Below are positions 17,516-26,366 of a DNA stretch of 41,066 nt, one piece after another. The notes beneath the pieces were generated by a model. That model was not told the origin of the DNA and made no database searches. It saw only the letters and a list, made by a program, of their open reading frames with translations. Position 1 is the stretch's first letter. Each line of letters starts with the position of its first letter. The translations under genes were made by a program, and so were the position numbers. Location of the stretch: the IMG/VR virus record IMGVR_UViG_3300014201_000006, positions 1 through 41,066 of that record. One strand, 5' to 3'. The DNA comes from a virus (lineage: Duplodnaviria > Caudoviricetes).

Positions 17516-18325
17516 GTGTCACAATCACTACCTAGAGACTTTAAGGGCATTTGGATTCCAAAAGAACTTTGGCTGGATAAAAGGCTTTCACTCTTAGAAA
17601 AGGCTTTATTGGCTGAAATAGACAGCTTAGATGGCCCAGATCATTGTTATGCAGACAACTTATATTTTCAAAACATGTTTAATGTTAAGGAGCGCACAAT
17701 TTCAGAAACCATCTCAAGGCTGAAAAAATTAGGCTTGTTGGAGCAAGTCAGCTTTGATGGCCGAAGACGTCAAATAAAGTCAAACCTCAGAACTGTATAT
17801 GCAAAATTTTACGGGTCTGCGTCGCAGCAGAATGTAGTATCAAACCAAAATTTTACGGGTCTCCCCCCTCAAATTTTGCCTTGTCAGCCCATAGAGGAGC
17901 CTATAGAGCGGGAGAGAATAGATGAGATAATAAAGGATAAAGAAGAGGAGTCAACAGTCTCCGCTGACGCTTCAACCCTTACTTCTGAATTTATTTCTTT
18001 ACTTCAAAAGGTTCACGGAAAAGAGGCTGTCAACCCGAACATACAAAGCTGGAAAAAGGAGTTTGACCGTCTTCTCAGGATCGACAAGAAAGACAAAGAC
18101 CTTGTCCGAAAAGTCATGAACTGGGCTGTACAAGATCCCTTTTGGCAAACTAATATCATTTCACCCAAAAAACTGCGCCTGAAATTTTTAACACTTAAAT
18201 TGCAAATGGAGTCCCAATGGAAAAAGCCGACACGCCGTCCGAAGCAAGACTTAATGAAATCAGATCCCTCAAGTACTGCCAACCTTACGGAAATAGATAT
18301 GCTGAAGCTTCTCTATCAAGAGTGA
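17516..18325 (+). CDS. phage replication initiator (winged-HTH, lambda O-like role)
   Basis: 'FKGIWIPKELWLDKRLSLLEKALLAEIDSL...CYADN.YF'; C-terminal 'WAVQDPFWQTNIISPKKLR'; followed by a loader ATPase. Confidence 0.85.
   Translation: MSQSLPRDFKGIWIPKELWLDKRLSLLEKALLAEIDSLDGPDHCYADNLYFQNMFNVKERTISETISRLKKLGLLEQVSFDGRRRQIKSNLRTVYAKFYGSASQQNVVSNQNFTGLPPQILPCQPIEEPIERERIDEIIKDKEEESTVSADASTLTSEFISLLQKVHGKEAVNPNIQSWKKEFDRLLRIDKKDKDLVRKVMNWAVQDPFWQTNIISPKKLRLKFLTLKLQMESQWKKPTRRPKQDLMKSDPSSTANLTEIDMLKLLYQE
17802..17862 (+). repeat. 17-bp direct repeats (putative iterons/origin)
   Basis: CAAAATTTTACGGGTCT at 17802-17818 and 17846-17862. Confidence 0.65.
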
Positions 18326-18807
18326 TGATGGGAAGCGAAGATGCCAAAAAAATGAATGATTGGATTAAGAAGCGTAAGAATTTTCTTGTTTACATCGGGA
18401 ATCCGGGATGTGGAAAAACCTACTTCGCCGCCGGGCTTATGAATCTACATTTAGACAAGCCTATTTACAACTCAGCCCGCTTTTTTAACGAAAGACAGCT
18501 GCTATCAAAAATAAGAGAGGAAATGGAATTTGGATCATACCAAGAGATTTTGAGATATGCGACGGACGATGAGCTTTTAATTTTAGATGACCTTGGTTCT
18601 GGAGGGTTTGGAGAGTGGGGGCGAAATGTTCTTTTTGATCTAATTGATTCTAGATATTCTTCTATGCTTCCAACATTAATCACAACAAACTTGACTGAAT
18701 CATCTATTAAAGAGGAGTATGGGGAAAGGATGTCCAGCAGAGTCTTTGATAAAGGCAGCGTTGTAATACAAATCAACGGAAAAGACCTTCGCGCAAGAGA
18801 GAATTAA
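18217..18807 (+). CDS. DnaC/IstB-like AAA+ helicase loader
   Basis: Walker A GNPGCGKT, Walker B LLILDDLG, 'TLITTN', 'ERMSSRV'. Confidence 0.9.
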   Translation: MEKADTPSEARLNEIRSLKYCQPYGNRYAEASLSRVMMGSEDAKKMNDWIKKRKNFLVYIGNPGCGKTYFAAGLMNLHLDKPIYNSARFFNERQLLSKIREEMEFGSYQEILRYATDDELLILDDLGSGGFGEWGRNVLFDLIDSRYSSMLPTLITTNLTESSIKEEYGERMSSRVFDKGSVVIQINGKDLRAREN

Positions 18808-18831
18808 TAGGATGTTCAAAAGGAGTATACC

Positions 18832-18993
18832 ATCGACAAGAAAATGAGAAAGCAAGTGGGAAAGCCTCTCAAGAAAGCAGAGAAGCTTGTACACAAGGCC
18901 GAGAAAGCCAATGCGAAGTTAGCTAACTACGACGAGAAGGTTAGAGATCCGATGATTGATAAATATAAGAAGATGAAGAAGAAATGCAAATGA
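18832..18993 (+). CDS. small Lys-rich protein (start ATC 18832 or ATG 18844)
   Basis: AAGGAG RBS 6 nt before ATC; stop coupled to the next gene. Confidence 0.55.
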   Translation: MDKKMRKQVGKPLKKAEKLVHKAEKANAKLANYDEKVRDPMIDKYKKMKKKCK

Positions 18994-19169
18994 CCGACGA
19001 CAGCCTTTACGGAACAGAGATTATACTTAATGAAGGCGTGAAATTTGTTGGAACTTTCGATACACCCGAAGAAAAAGAACGCTTTAATGCGCATATTGAA
19101 AGCTGTCAGTGGCTATTTAAGCTTTGGGCTGAAGCAATAGAGAAAGATTCTAAGAAGAAGTGCAAATGA
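18984..19169 (+). CDS. hypothetical protein
   Basis: 61 aa, coupled at both ends. Confidence 0.5.
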   Translation: MQMTDDSLYGTEIILNEGVKFVGTFDTPEEKERFNAHIESCQWLFKLWAEAIEKDSKKKCK

Positions 19170-19321
19170 AGAAAAGGCTTATGAGGTTGTTTCATTCTAT
19201 TTTCGGGCACAAATGGAAAGAAATCCCAGCACCCGAACTATTGCCTGAATATTTTGGAAAAAAAGACCCGAATAGATGTTTTTGTAAATGCGCATGTGGG
19301 AAATATAAAGGATTTGAGTAA
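19166..19321 (+). CDS. small Cys-containing protein (51 aa)
   Basis: 'IFGHKW...CKCACG'. Confidence 0.45.
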   Translation: MKKRLMRLFHSIFGHKWKEIPAPELLPEYFGKKDPNRCFCKCACGKYKGFE

Positions 19322-19397
19322 AAACGAAGAACCGTTGTAACTAATTAATTGACCTGTTATGGGGTAGAAATAGCCTTAACCAAACAGGAGATTACTT

Positions 19398-20213
19398 ATG
19401 AGACTTCCTTTAATTAGCACACTGATAGCCTTAACTTCCATCGCATCAGCCTATGAATCCTTTCAGCAAGTAAGCGCCGGAGTTAAGTCCTACGACTGGG
19501 AATCATCCTACATTAAGCTAGATCATCAATCACATTTCAATCCTTCGGATGTCGACTCAACCATATTCCAACTGACTCATACGATGGCATATAAATATCT
19601 TCAAAATGACTTCGGCCTTGGCTTTCGCCACAATCTTGGCGACTTCACAATTGGCACGAACTTTTACTATACGATGACATCACAGCCCGCGATTTTGCTG
19701 CATCAACTTAGCCCCGGCATTGAAGTTCTGTATGGCAAAGCCCAGATCTTCTACAACGTCTATCTGCCGACTGCAGACCAGATAACGAACCCTGTATCTG
19801 AGCTTGGGATTAATATTCATCCGATTGATGAAGTAAAGCTCGGGCTCTATCCATTCTATGAGCATAACGCTAAGGCTTGGGGATTAAACATCGCAGCTGC
19901 CTATACACACAACAAGCGCTTCGAGTTCACCATAGCGCCCTTCATTAAAGGCGCCGACAAAGGTTGCGCCTTTTCAGTCGGCATGAGCTTTGGGGATACA
20001 ACTAAAAAGCAAGATGCTGCACATAAGAGCAATAATATCTCATATCACACAGAAAAGGCCGTACCTCCGATCTATCTTAATCAAGTTGATTTTGTCGAGC
20101 AGCCAGTTCAGCCTGTACAACAGCCTGCAGAATCAAAGTCACAAAAGCCGCCTCAAGAAGTGCCTAAAAGCTGGTGGGGAAGCTATTTTACCACTATGTC
20201 TAAAGCAAGCTGA
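19398..20213 (+). CDS. outer-membrane beta-barrel, inverse-autotransporter (intimin/invasin) barrel-like
   Basis: Signal peptide; 'NDFGLGFRH', 'IGTNFYY', 'HQLSPGIE', 'YNVYLP' match the motif order of intimin-type barrels; own promoter TTGACC at 19349. Confidence 0.7.
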   Translation: MRLPLISTLIALTSIASAYESFQQVSAGVKSYDWESSYIKLDHQSHFNPSDVDSTIFQLTHTMAYKYLQNDFGLGFRHNLGDFTIGTNFYYTMTSQPAILLHQLSPGIEVLYGKAQIFYNVYLPTADQITNPVSELGINIHPIDEVKLGLYPFYEHNAKAWGLNIAAAYTHNKRFEFTIAPFIKGADKGCAFSVGMSFGDTTKKQDAAHKSNNISYHTEKAVPPIYLNQVDFVEQPVQPVQQPAESKSQKPPQEVPKSWWGSYFTTMSKAS

Positions 20214-20368
20214 GAATCTTTTTGTTGTGCTTTTTGTAGCGTACTTCGTATCTCGTATACTAAGAGATTCAGGTCGTTTACCTTGATCCACAAGTCTAGA
20301 TAGACGAGGAAGGACATGAGGAAGGCTATCATTATGATTGTAAATCTGACGTTTATTTTGATAAGCAT
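20183..20368 (-). CDS. small TM + coiled-coil protein
   Basis: N-terminal hydrophobic helix. Confidence 0.4.
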   Translation of the reverse strand: MLIKINVRFTIIMIAFLMSFLVYLDLWIKVNDLNLLVYEIRSTLQKAQQKDSQLALDIVVK

Positions 20369-20441
20369 TTTGGTTTTTAGATCTTAAGGATCAGGATATT
20401 ATTTGACAAATTTTATCGATAAGAGCATTTCGTAGGGTAAT

Positions 20442-20831
20442 ATGGCTCCTCCAAAAAAAGAATTGAACGAAGAAGTTATTCACGAGCTGGCTTCAATTCA
20501 TTGCACTATGAAAGAAATAGCTTCAATAATGAAATGTAGCGTCGATACTCTCGAGCGTCGATACGCGGACATCATTAAAAAGGGGCAAGACGAAGGCAGA
20601 TCATCGCTTAGGAGGGCTCAATATAAGTCTGCTATGGGAGGCAATGCTACGATGTTGGTATGGCTCGGCAAGCAGCTATTAGGCCAGAAGGATTCAACCA
20701 CGGAATCAGTCCCGCAAGAGACAGTTAAAAACTTTACTTGTATCATGTCTCAACTTGCGGATTTCCAGAAATTAAGGCATAATCCTCAGCAGGAAAAACA
20801 AACGACTGAGGGTGATGGAAATGAACTATGA
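20442..20831 (+). CDS. terS: terminase small subunit-like HTH protein
   Basis: 'LASIHCTMKEIASIMKCSVDTLERRY...SLRRAQYKSAMGGNATMLVWLGKQLLGQKD'. Confidence 0.75.
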   Translation: MAPPKKELNEEVIHELASIHCTMKEIASIMKCSVDTLERRYADIIKKGQDEGRSSLRRAQYKSAMGGNATMLVWLGKQLLGQKDSTTESVPQETVKNFTCIMSQLADFQKLRHNPQQEKQTTEGDGNEL

Positions 20832-21138
20832 ATTCTACGGCGTTGCTGTTGCGGGGCTAGTGATCATTTGGATTATGTTTTGGAGTCTGAAAAGAGAGAC
20901 AAAGAAGCAATTCGATCACCAAACGCGCGTCAATGAAGTTTATTATGATGGGATTAGGTCAGAGTTAAATATCCTCGTCCTTTGTATGAGAGACATCAAT
21001 GAACGCATGGCCTTTCTCGAAGCTGCTAATATCTATACGATGCCCGCAGAGCCATCACAGCCTAACCCAAGAAGCATGGCAGCTAGAAAGATGCATGAGC
21101 GAAGAAGACAGAGGAAGCTGGAGAAGAAGAGCGAATGA
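20821..21138 (+). CDS. TM-anchored coiled-coil protein
   Basis: N-terminal TM, basic C-terminus. Confidence 0.55.
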   Translation: MNYEFYGVAVAGLVIIWIMFWSLKRETKKQFDHQTRVNEVYYDGIRSELNILVLCMRDINERMAFLEAANIYTMPAEPSQPNPRSMAARKMHERRRQRKLEKKSE

Positions 21139-21371
21139 GTCAACCTCCATTTAATCCTTATGATTTAAGCCCTGGTAGAGAGCTTAAACCTAAATGTGGG
21201 TTAATATGGCATCAAACCCAATTCGTTTGCTCTGATAAGAACTGCGATGTTATATCATCGGATTGCAAGGGGTGGCGAGTGATCGAGCGATATAAGCTCT
21301 ATTTCTGCCCCGATTGCGTTAAGAAGCATAAGGGACGGATCAAGGAAGGGAGGATAGTGAAAAATGGGTAG
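21135..21371 (+). CDS. small Zn-finger-like protein
   Basis: CxxxxC...GW...FCPDC. Confidence 0.55.
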   Translation: MSQPPFNPYDLSPGRELKPKCGLIWHQTQFVCSDKNCDVISSDCKGWRVIERYKLYFCPDCVKKHKGRIKEGRIVKNG

Positions 21372-21632
21372 TTTAATCGGAATTTTCATAATTGCGTTGA
21401 TTGGCAATCTAATAGGAAACTTATTGTATCATTTTTGGTCTAAAAGGAAAGCTAAATAATGGATAAACTTGAAATAGGAATCAGCAACTTCGAAGAATAC
21501 TATCTTAAGTGCCCCAAATGTCTTCCACAAGACCACACAGGTCAATTCTGTCGGTGCGAGAATCGAAACATGATAATAGCGAAAGAAGCGCGAAAGAGGG
21601 GCAAAAGCTCTTGGGTAGAGAATGAAGGTTAA

Positions 21633-21845
21633 GTGATGGATGAAAAACCTACAGAAATTACGCGTGACGATGTCGATCGATTCGTCGAGACTTTAATGAA
21701 ACAAGAAATACCTAAATATCAATGTCGTAAATGTTCGCAAACATATTTTCAGAGCTATGGAAGCCACATTGAATTCTGCGATGAGTGCTGGTTTGCTCAA
21801 TTTCCAAAAGAAGAAGTTGAGGCTTTTTATAGGAGTTTTTTTTGA
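21633..21845 (+). CDS. small Zn-finger-like protein
   Basis: CRKC...FCDEC. Confidence 0.55.
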   Translation: MMDEKPTEITRDDVDRFVETLMKQEIPKYQCRKCSQTYFQSYGSHIEFCDECWFAQFPKEEVEAFYRSFF

Positions 21846-22064
21846 ATGATTAACCCTGAAAGCCCTAGAATGCGTTGGATTCTCCTAAAGTTCCTAAAGG
21901 ACTCGTTGGACTTCTTATCTGATGACTCCACAGCAAGGAAAACTCAAAGGAAGGCGTGGGCTAAAAGATGGCAGAAAGAGAATTTAAGCGCCGATAGACT
22001 GAGTAAATGGCTTCCTGATGAAGATCAATTTGAAGAGGATGAATGTCACAACACGGACCCATAG
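21846..22064 (+). CDS. hypothetical protein
   Basis: AGGAG RBS. Confidence 0.5.
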   Translation: MINPESPRMRWILLKFLKDSLDFLSDDSTARKTQRKAWAKRWQKENLSADRLSKWLPDEDQFEEDECHNTDP

Positions 22065-22354
22065 AAGAGGCAGCTTTAACCGCCGAGCTTTGCAAGACTA
22101 TCGTAATAGAAGACGAATTCCAAACTGTCACAGAAACTAAAGGCGGCAGGATCACGACGATGAAGCCTGACTTTATGGAAAAAATGAAAGCGAAACCATT
22201 ATGGCCTTCGATTTTTGATAGCATCCCATGTTATGGATCACATGGAGATGGTGATACTCCCGAAGGCAAGTGGAAACGGGAAGATTGCCTCGATTGTCAA
22301 GAAAGATTACGCAAGGCAGACGAAGAATCGAAGCAAGACACTCAGGTGTCCTAA
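22043..22354 (+). CDS. hypothetical protein
   Basis: AAGGA RBS. Confidence 0.5.
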   Translation: MSQHGPIEEAALTAELCKTIVIEDEFQTVTETKGGRITTMKPDFMEKMKAKPLWPSIFDSIPCYGSHGDGDTPEGKWKREDCLDCQERLRKADEESKQDTQVS

Positions 22355-22415
22355 GTTGGTGTAAGTCCAACGCCTTGCACCATATTGTCGACGCCGACAG
22401 AAAGGTAGGATATAT

Positions 22416-22673
22416 TTGAAAACACAAATAGAATGGATTGAGGCCACAAAGCCGAATCTTATAGGAATTGATGGAGTTAATATTCTTATTTGCTACGGGA
22501 AAGGCTATGTAACTGTAGGATATTGGAGCGAAATTGACGAATGTTTCTTTCAAACTGCAGATCTCTTAACTGATGTTCCCGACGTGAAATATATCGCTGC
22601 ACTTCCTGATACGCCTTTTACTAAATATATGAAACCATCCCCGGCGGTTCCTGATGGGCGTGAAAATGTTTAG
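22416..22673 (+). CDS. DUF551-like small phage protein
   Basis: 'EWIEA.KP...VNILI...VKYIAALPD.P'. Confidence 0.5.
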   Translation: MKTQIEWIEATKPNLIGIDGVNILICYGKGYVTVGYWSEIDECFFQTADLLTDVPDVKYIAALPDTPFTKYMKPSPAVPDGRENV

Positions 22674-22708
22674 GCATTTTCAGTAGGGTTTGATTCCCTT
22701 GCTGGGGC
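22639..22708 (+). ncRNA. tRNA-like cloverleaf without a canonical anticodon loop
   Basis: 7-bp acceptor CCCCGGC/GCTGGGG, weak D arm, 8-bp stem TGAAAATG/CATTTTCA, T arm AGGG-TTTGATT-CCCT. Confidence 0.5.
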
Positions 22709-22897
22709 TTTATTTTTTAACCGTCTTTTAACAATAAAATCGCTATATTTCAGCCAGTTTTCGTCATTTTCTTCTGAGGGATAGAATTGTTGCATAAGTT
22801 TCAGAGACGCTAATATTTGCTCTTCCGCTCGCATTATTACCGTTTCTGCAAAATTTCTATTTATATATTCCTTCAAGTCTTCATCTTCTATTGTCAT
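22670..22897 (-). CDS. hypothetical protein
   Basis: AAGGA RBS; divergent from the capsid promoter. Confidence 0.5.
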   Translation of the reverse strand: MTIEDEDLKEYINRNFAETVIMRAEEQILASLKLMQQFYPSEENDENWLKYSDFIVKRRLKNKAPARESNPTENA

Positions 22898-23133
22898 TAA
22901 ATTTATCCTTATGTATATCCCAAATTAACTAGCCCAGTTAACACCGCATGGCCTAAAAACCATGTGGGGGCCAGTCACTCGTTTGCCACGTTACAGCTTA
23001 TCGCAGGTATGCGTTAAATCCAATATTCGCTGAGATTGCGTTACATCTCAACCGATATGTCTGAGAACGGACCGTAATACGTCGTCGTCCACGGATCAGC
23101 CAATCACAAACATTCAACCTAAATAGGTTTGAA
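22891..23133 (+). promoter_or_regulatory. capsid promoter (TTGTCA-17-TATATC) and ~210-nt structured 5' leader
   Basis: Hairpins 22925-41, 22944-67 and 23031-50, plus TTCAACCT/AGGTTTGAA over the RBS. Confidence 0.6.
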
Positions 23134-24105
23134 ATGTCTACGATTACAAATACGTCGAACCTTGGTCCATTGATCCTCCAGTCGCTTGCGCCTGCGATGC
23201 TCTACGTTCCAACTCCGACGATGAACTATATCACCATCTGCGATAAGGTTTCCATGCCTTCCAATGGTGGAACGACTTGTAGGTTTATGCGGCCAAGAAG
23301 CTTGCAGCCACCTACAATCCAACTTGGCAACTCGGGGATTGATCCCCCAGCCCAAGTACCACAACGAGATATCATCGACGCTCCAATGGCGTTCTTTGGT
23401 ACTGGTTGCATCATCAACGAACAAGTTATTCTCCAAGATCAAGAGGGCGTGCTCGCTTGGGTATCTGAGAGATTAGCTGTTGCCATGAGACAAGCTGAAG
23501 ATCTTATCCTCAGAGATTACATCATTTCTGCCGCTTCGGAGCTAAATGCCGGAGGGGGTACAAATAACGATAATCCTACGAATTTGGGACTGTCAGATTT
23601 TTCTCTCGTTGCTACTACATTAGACACAAATAATGCGTACAAATTCATGTCCGGAATCGAGGGCATGGACCGCTTTGGAACGGGCCCAATTCGTTCTGCC
23701 TATTTCATGCTGAGCTCTACAGAGCTTCAGTCTGACTTTGACGGACTTGTTGGACAAGGGGTTGTAAATAACTGGAATTATCCAAATAACAGTTCTGCAC
23801 TTCCGTCTGAGTGGGGCAGCGTATATAATTTACGCATCCTTACTTCTTCTGAAGCACCCGTTGCTCGTGGCGCATCTGCCATGAACAACGACGTTTACTA
23901 CAATACGATTTGTGGAAAACAAGCGGTAACTCACATCAATCAAGATGGATATTCCATGAACTTGATTTATCGTGATCCTTACTATTCTGGAATGTTAGCC
24001 CAAAATGCGACCTTGGCCGTTAAATTCGCCCAAGCGCAGGCTGTCACCCAAGATACGGCCATCCGTAACTTGCTCTGTACACGTCTAACCAACTTAGGAG
24101 TGTAA
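23134..24105 (+). CDS. major capsid protein (N4-gp56-like, HK97 fold)
   Basis: 'KVSMPSNGGTTCRFMR', 'LAVAMRQAEDLILRD', 'YP....ALPSEWGSVYNLRILTSS'. Confidence 0.9.
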   Translation: MSTITNTSNLGPLILQSLAPAMLYVPTPTMNYITICDKVSMPSNGGTTCRFMRPRSLQPPTIQLGNSGIDPPAQVPQRDIIDAPMAFFGTGCIINEQVILQDQEGVLAWVSERLAVAMRQAEDLILRDYIISAASELNAGGGTNNDNPTNLGLSDFSLVATTLDTNNAYKFMSGIEGMDRFGTGPIRSAYFMLSSTELQSDFDGLVGQGVVNNWNYPNNSSALPSEWGSVYNLRILTSSEAPVARGASAMNNDVYYNTICGKQAVTHINQDGYSMNLIYRDPYYSGMLAQNATLAVKFAQAQAVTQDTAIRNLLCTRLTNLGV

Positions 24106-24106
24106 T

Positions 24107-25234
24107 ATGGCAGAATATTCAAGAATCGCAAGAGGAAGCTTTACTCAAGCCGCAACTGGTAACAACGTGCCGATTTATCTGCCGTTCCAACCAACACGCG
24201 TAGACTTAGTAAACTACACAGCATACGCTAACTTTGCCGCATCTGACATTCCCGATGCACATTGGGATGTCTCTATGGGACAAGGCACTGCCGCTGTCAC
24301 CTATGTAGGGTCCGGACCTGTGTTTTCAACTGCTGTTGTTACCGCTAACGGTATCAGCACATTTGGAGCAGGACTGTCGCTACAATTCGGTGCTAAACAA
24401 CAAATTGCGTCTATTGCGAAAGCAAGCCCAACTGTTGTTACAACTGCATCTGCTCACGGCTATAACGTGGGTGATGTTGTGATGTTAGAGGGATTATACC
24501 AATCTTCAACGACTGGTATGCCTCAGATGTCAGGAATGGCATTCCAAATTACTGCCGTTGGTAGCACAACTACCTTCACAGTGACTTGGAACTCTAACCA
24601 GTCTAACTATACCGCTCTTTCAGGATCACCAACTGGCGCATATGTAATGAAGGTTTTAAACCCTTTCTTGTATCTGCCTGGAGTGAACTTCATCGAGGCG
24701 ATCAATACAAGCACTGGTTTGATCACAACAACAACAAACCACAATTATGTCGTCGGACAGCAAGTGGCGTTTAGAATCCCAACAGCTTGGGGTACTACAC
24801 AGCTCAACTCGCTACCTGATAACGTAATTCCTGGACAACCAATTTACTATTATGTGTCTGCGGTGAACTCTAATACCACATTCACAGTTGCAGGATTCCC
24901 AACAGGGGCTTCTGCATACACATCAAACATTGCAGTAGCTTCTGTGCCGGGCTTAACGCCTCCACAAGTTGTCGCAGTAGGCGATGTGAATAGTGGTGGA
25001 TGGCCATATACAGGTGGAAATCTGTATCCAAGCCCATCGTTCCCAACATTCTCTGGCGGAGTGTCTACGATCAATGGTCCTGCTATTCAGGGCTCATTCG
25101 TAAATAACACACGTCAAGGGTTCATAATTGGATCTGGAAATGCGTCATATCAAGGCACACCTGATACATCATCTCACTTGTCTGGAGAGACTAGCGATGT
25201 GATCTATTGGATTGCGATGTTGACTGACATGTAA
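24107..25234 (+). CDS. capsid decoration/minor head protein with E1-FCCH-like beta domains
   Basis: Follows MCP; 'IASIAKASPTVVTTASAHGYNVGDVV...GMPQMSG' and a second similar unit. Confidence 0.7.
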   Translation: MAEYSRIARGSFTQAATGNNVPIYLPFQPTRVDLVNYTAYANFAASDIPDAHWDVSMGQGTAAVTYVGSGPVFSTAVVTANGISTFGAGLSLQFGAKQQIASIAKASPTVVTTASAHGYNVGDVVMLEGLYQSSTTGMPQMSGMAFQITAVGSTTTFTVTWNSNQSNYTALSGSPTGAYVMKVLNPFLYLPGVNFIEAINTSTGLITTTTNHNYVVGQQVAFRIPTAWGTTQLNSLPDNVIPGQPIYYYVSAVNSNTTFTVAGFPTGASAYTSNIAVASVPGLTPPQVVAVGDVNSGGWPYTGGNLYPSPSFPTFSGGVSTINGPAIQGSFVNNTRQGFIIGSGNASYQGTPDTSSHLSGETSDVIYWIAMLTDM

Positions 25235-25268
25235 TCAGCTTGTAAATAAAAGTTGATATATGCATTTT

Positions 25269-25305
25269 GAGGACGAGGGCTAAAAGACTCGTCCTCTTTT
25301 ATTTT
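25269..25305 (+). terminator. intrinsic terminator after the capsid genes
   Basis: GAGGACGAG/CTCGTCCTC 9-bp stem + TTTTATTTT. Confidence 0.85.
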
Positions 25306-25313
25306 AGGCAGGC

Positions 25314-25733
25314 ATGGCGATAGTAGGTCCGGTAGCTTTATACAACAATGTTCCGATTGAACCACAGTATTATGCACCGTGGCGATTCGTGATATCGGCT
25401 ATCACACTAGGGGTGACGACCACTGTCACTATGGTCATTCCGGCAATCACGACTCTAAACTACGTTGTAGGCCAGCTGGTCAGACTAATCATTCCACCAA
25501 CATTCGGATGTAGACAACTTAATGAGAAAACAGGCTATGTCATCGCGGTAAATCTCCCTGATCAGGTCACTTTAAGCATTGATTCAACGAATGCTGACGC
25601 TTACATCGCATCTTCCGCTACGACTCCAGCTCAGATTCTCGCTGTTGGCGACATTAACAGCGGCGCAATAAACATGAGTCAAGCAACGACTACGTTTATC
25701 CCCGGCAGCTTTATAAACATCTCACCAAACTGA
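25314..25733 (+). CDS. structural protein, FCCH-like beta domain
   Basis: 'ISAITLGVTTTVT...NYVVGQLVRLIIP..FG.RQLN', similar to the second unit of 24107. Confidence 0.7.
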   Translation: MAIVGPVALYNNVPIEPQYYAPWRFVISAITLGVTTTVTMVIPAITTLNYVVGQLVRLIIPPTFGCRQLNEKTGYVIAVNLPDQVTLSIDSTNADAYIASSATTPAQILAVGDINSGAINMSQATTTFIPGSFINISPN

Positions 25734-25740
25734 GGAAATT

Positions 25741-26346
25741 ATGACAGACAACAAACCAAAAGTAAAGAATATGAATTCAGCTTCCGAAAGAGAGCTGGAC
25801 AAAGTGAAAGAGCAGTTCGATAACTTCGACGCTCAAGTTAAAGAAATGACAATGGACAGAATGAGCGAAGCTCCGAAGCTGGAGGCTGAGCCACAGACTA
25901 AGATGTCGCAAAATGAGCTTGCTAAGTCGAAGGATATCTATCTTAAGCCTGACAAGGTTATTAGCTGCAGAGAGAAGTTTAACGAGAAATACCGAGAGGA
26001 TTTCAACTTTGGTAAGGAATACGTCCAGTTCGTTGGCGAACACAAAGAGCTTATCGGTGAGAACATTGAGATCTGGACAAAGCCTTTCGCTGGCGTTCCT
26101 GCAGAATACTGGATCGTTCCTACAAATAAGCCTGTGTGGGGTCCACGCTATCTTGCCGAGCAGATTAAGCGTAAATCCTACCACAGATTAACCATGAAAG
26201 AATCAGCCGATCCTAGCAACTATGTCGGATCTAATGGTGCTGGAGCTATGTACGGCAAAATCGTTGCTGATACGACTATCCAAAGAATTGACGCTACGCC
26301 TGTGTCGAAACGCAAGTCCGTATTCATGGGCGGTAACGAGTTTTAA
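25741..26346 (+). CDS. head-region hypothetical protein
   Basis: GAGG RBS, 201 aa. Confidence 0.7.
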   Translation: MTDNKPKVKNMNSASERELDKVKEQFDNFDAQVKEMTMDRMSEAPKLEAEPQTKMSQNELAKSKDIYLKPDKVISCREKFNEKYREDFNFGKEYVQFVGEHKELIGENIEIWTKPFAGVPAEYWIVPTNKPVWGPRYLAEQIKRKSYHRLTMKESADPSNYVGSNGAGAMYGKIVADTTIQRIDATPVSKRKSVFMGGNEF

Positions 26347-26366
26347 CCATACAAAAGGAGATTAAT

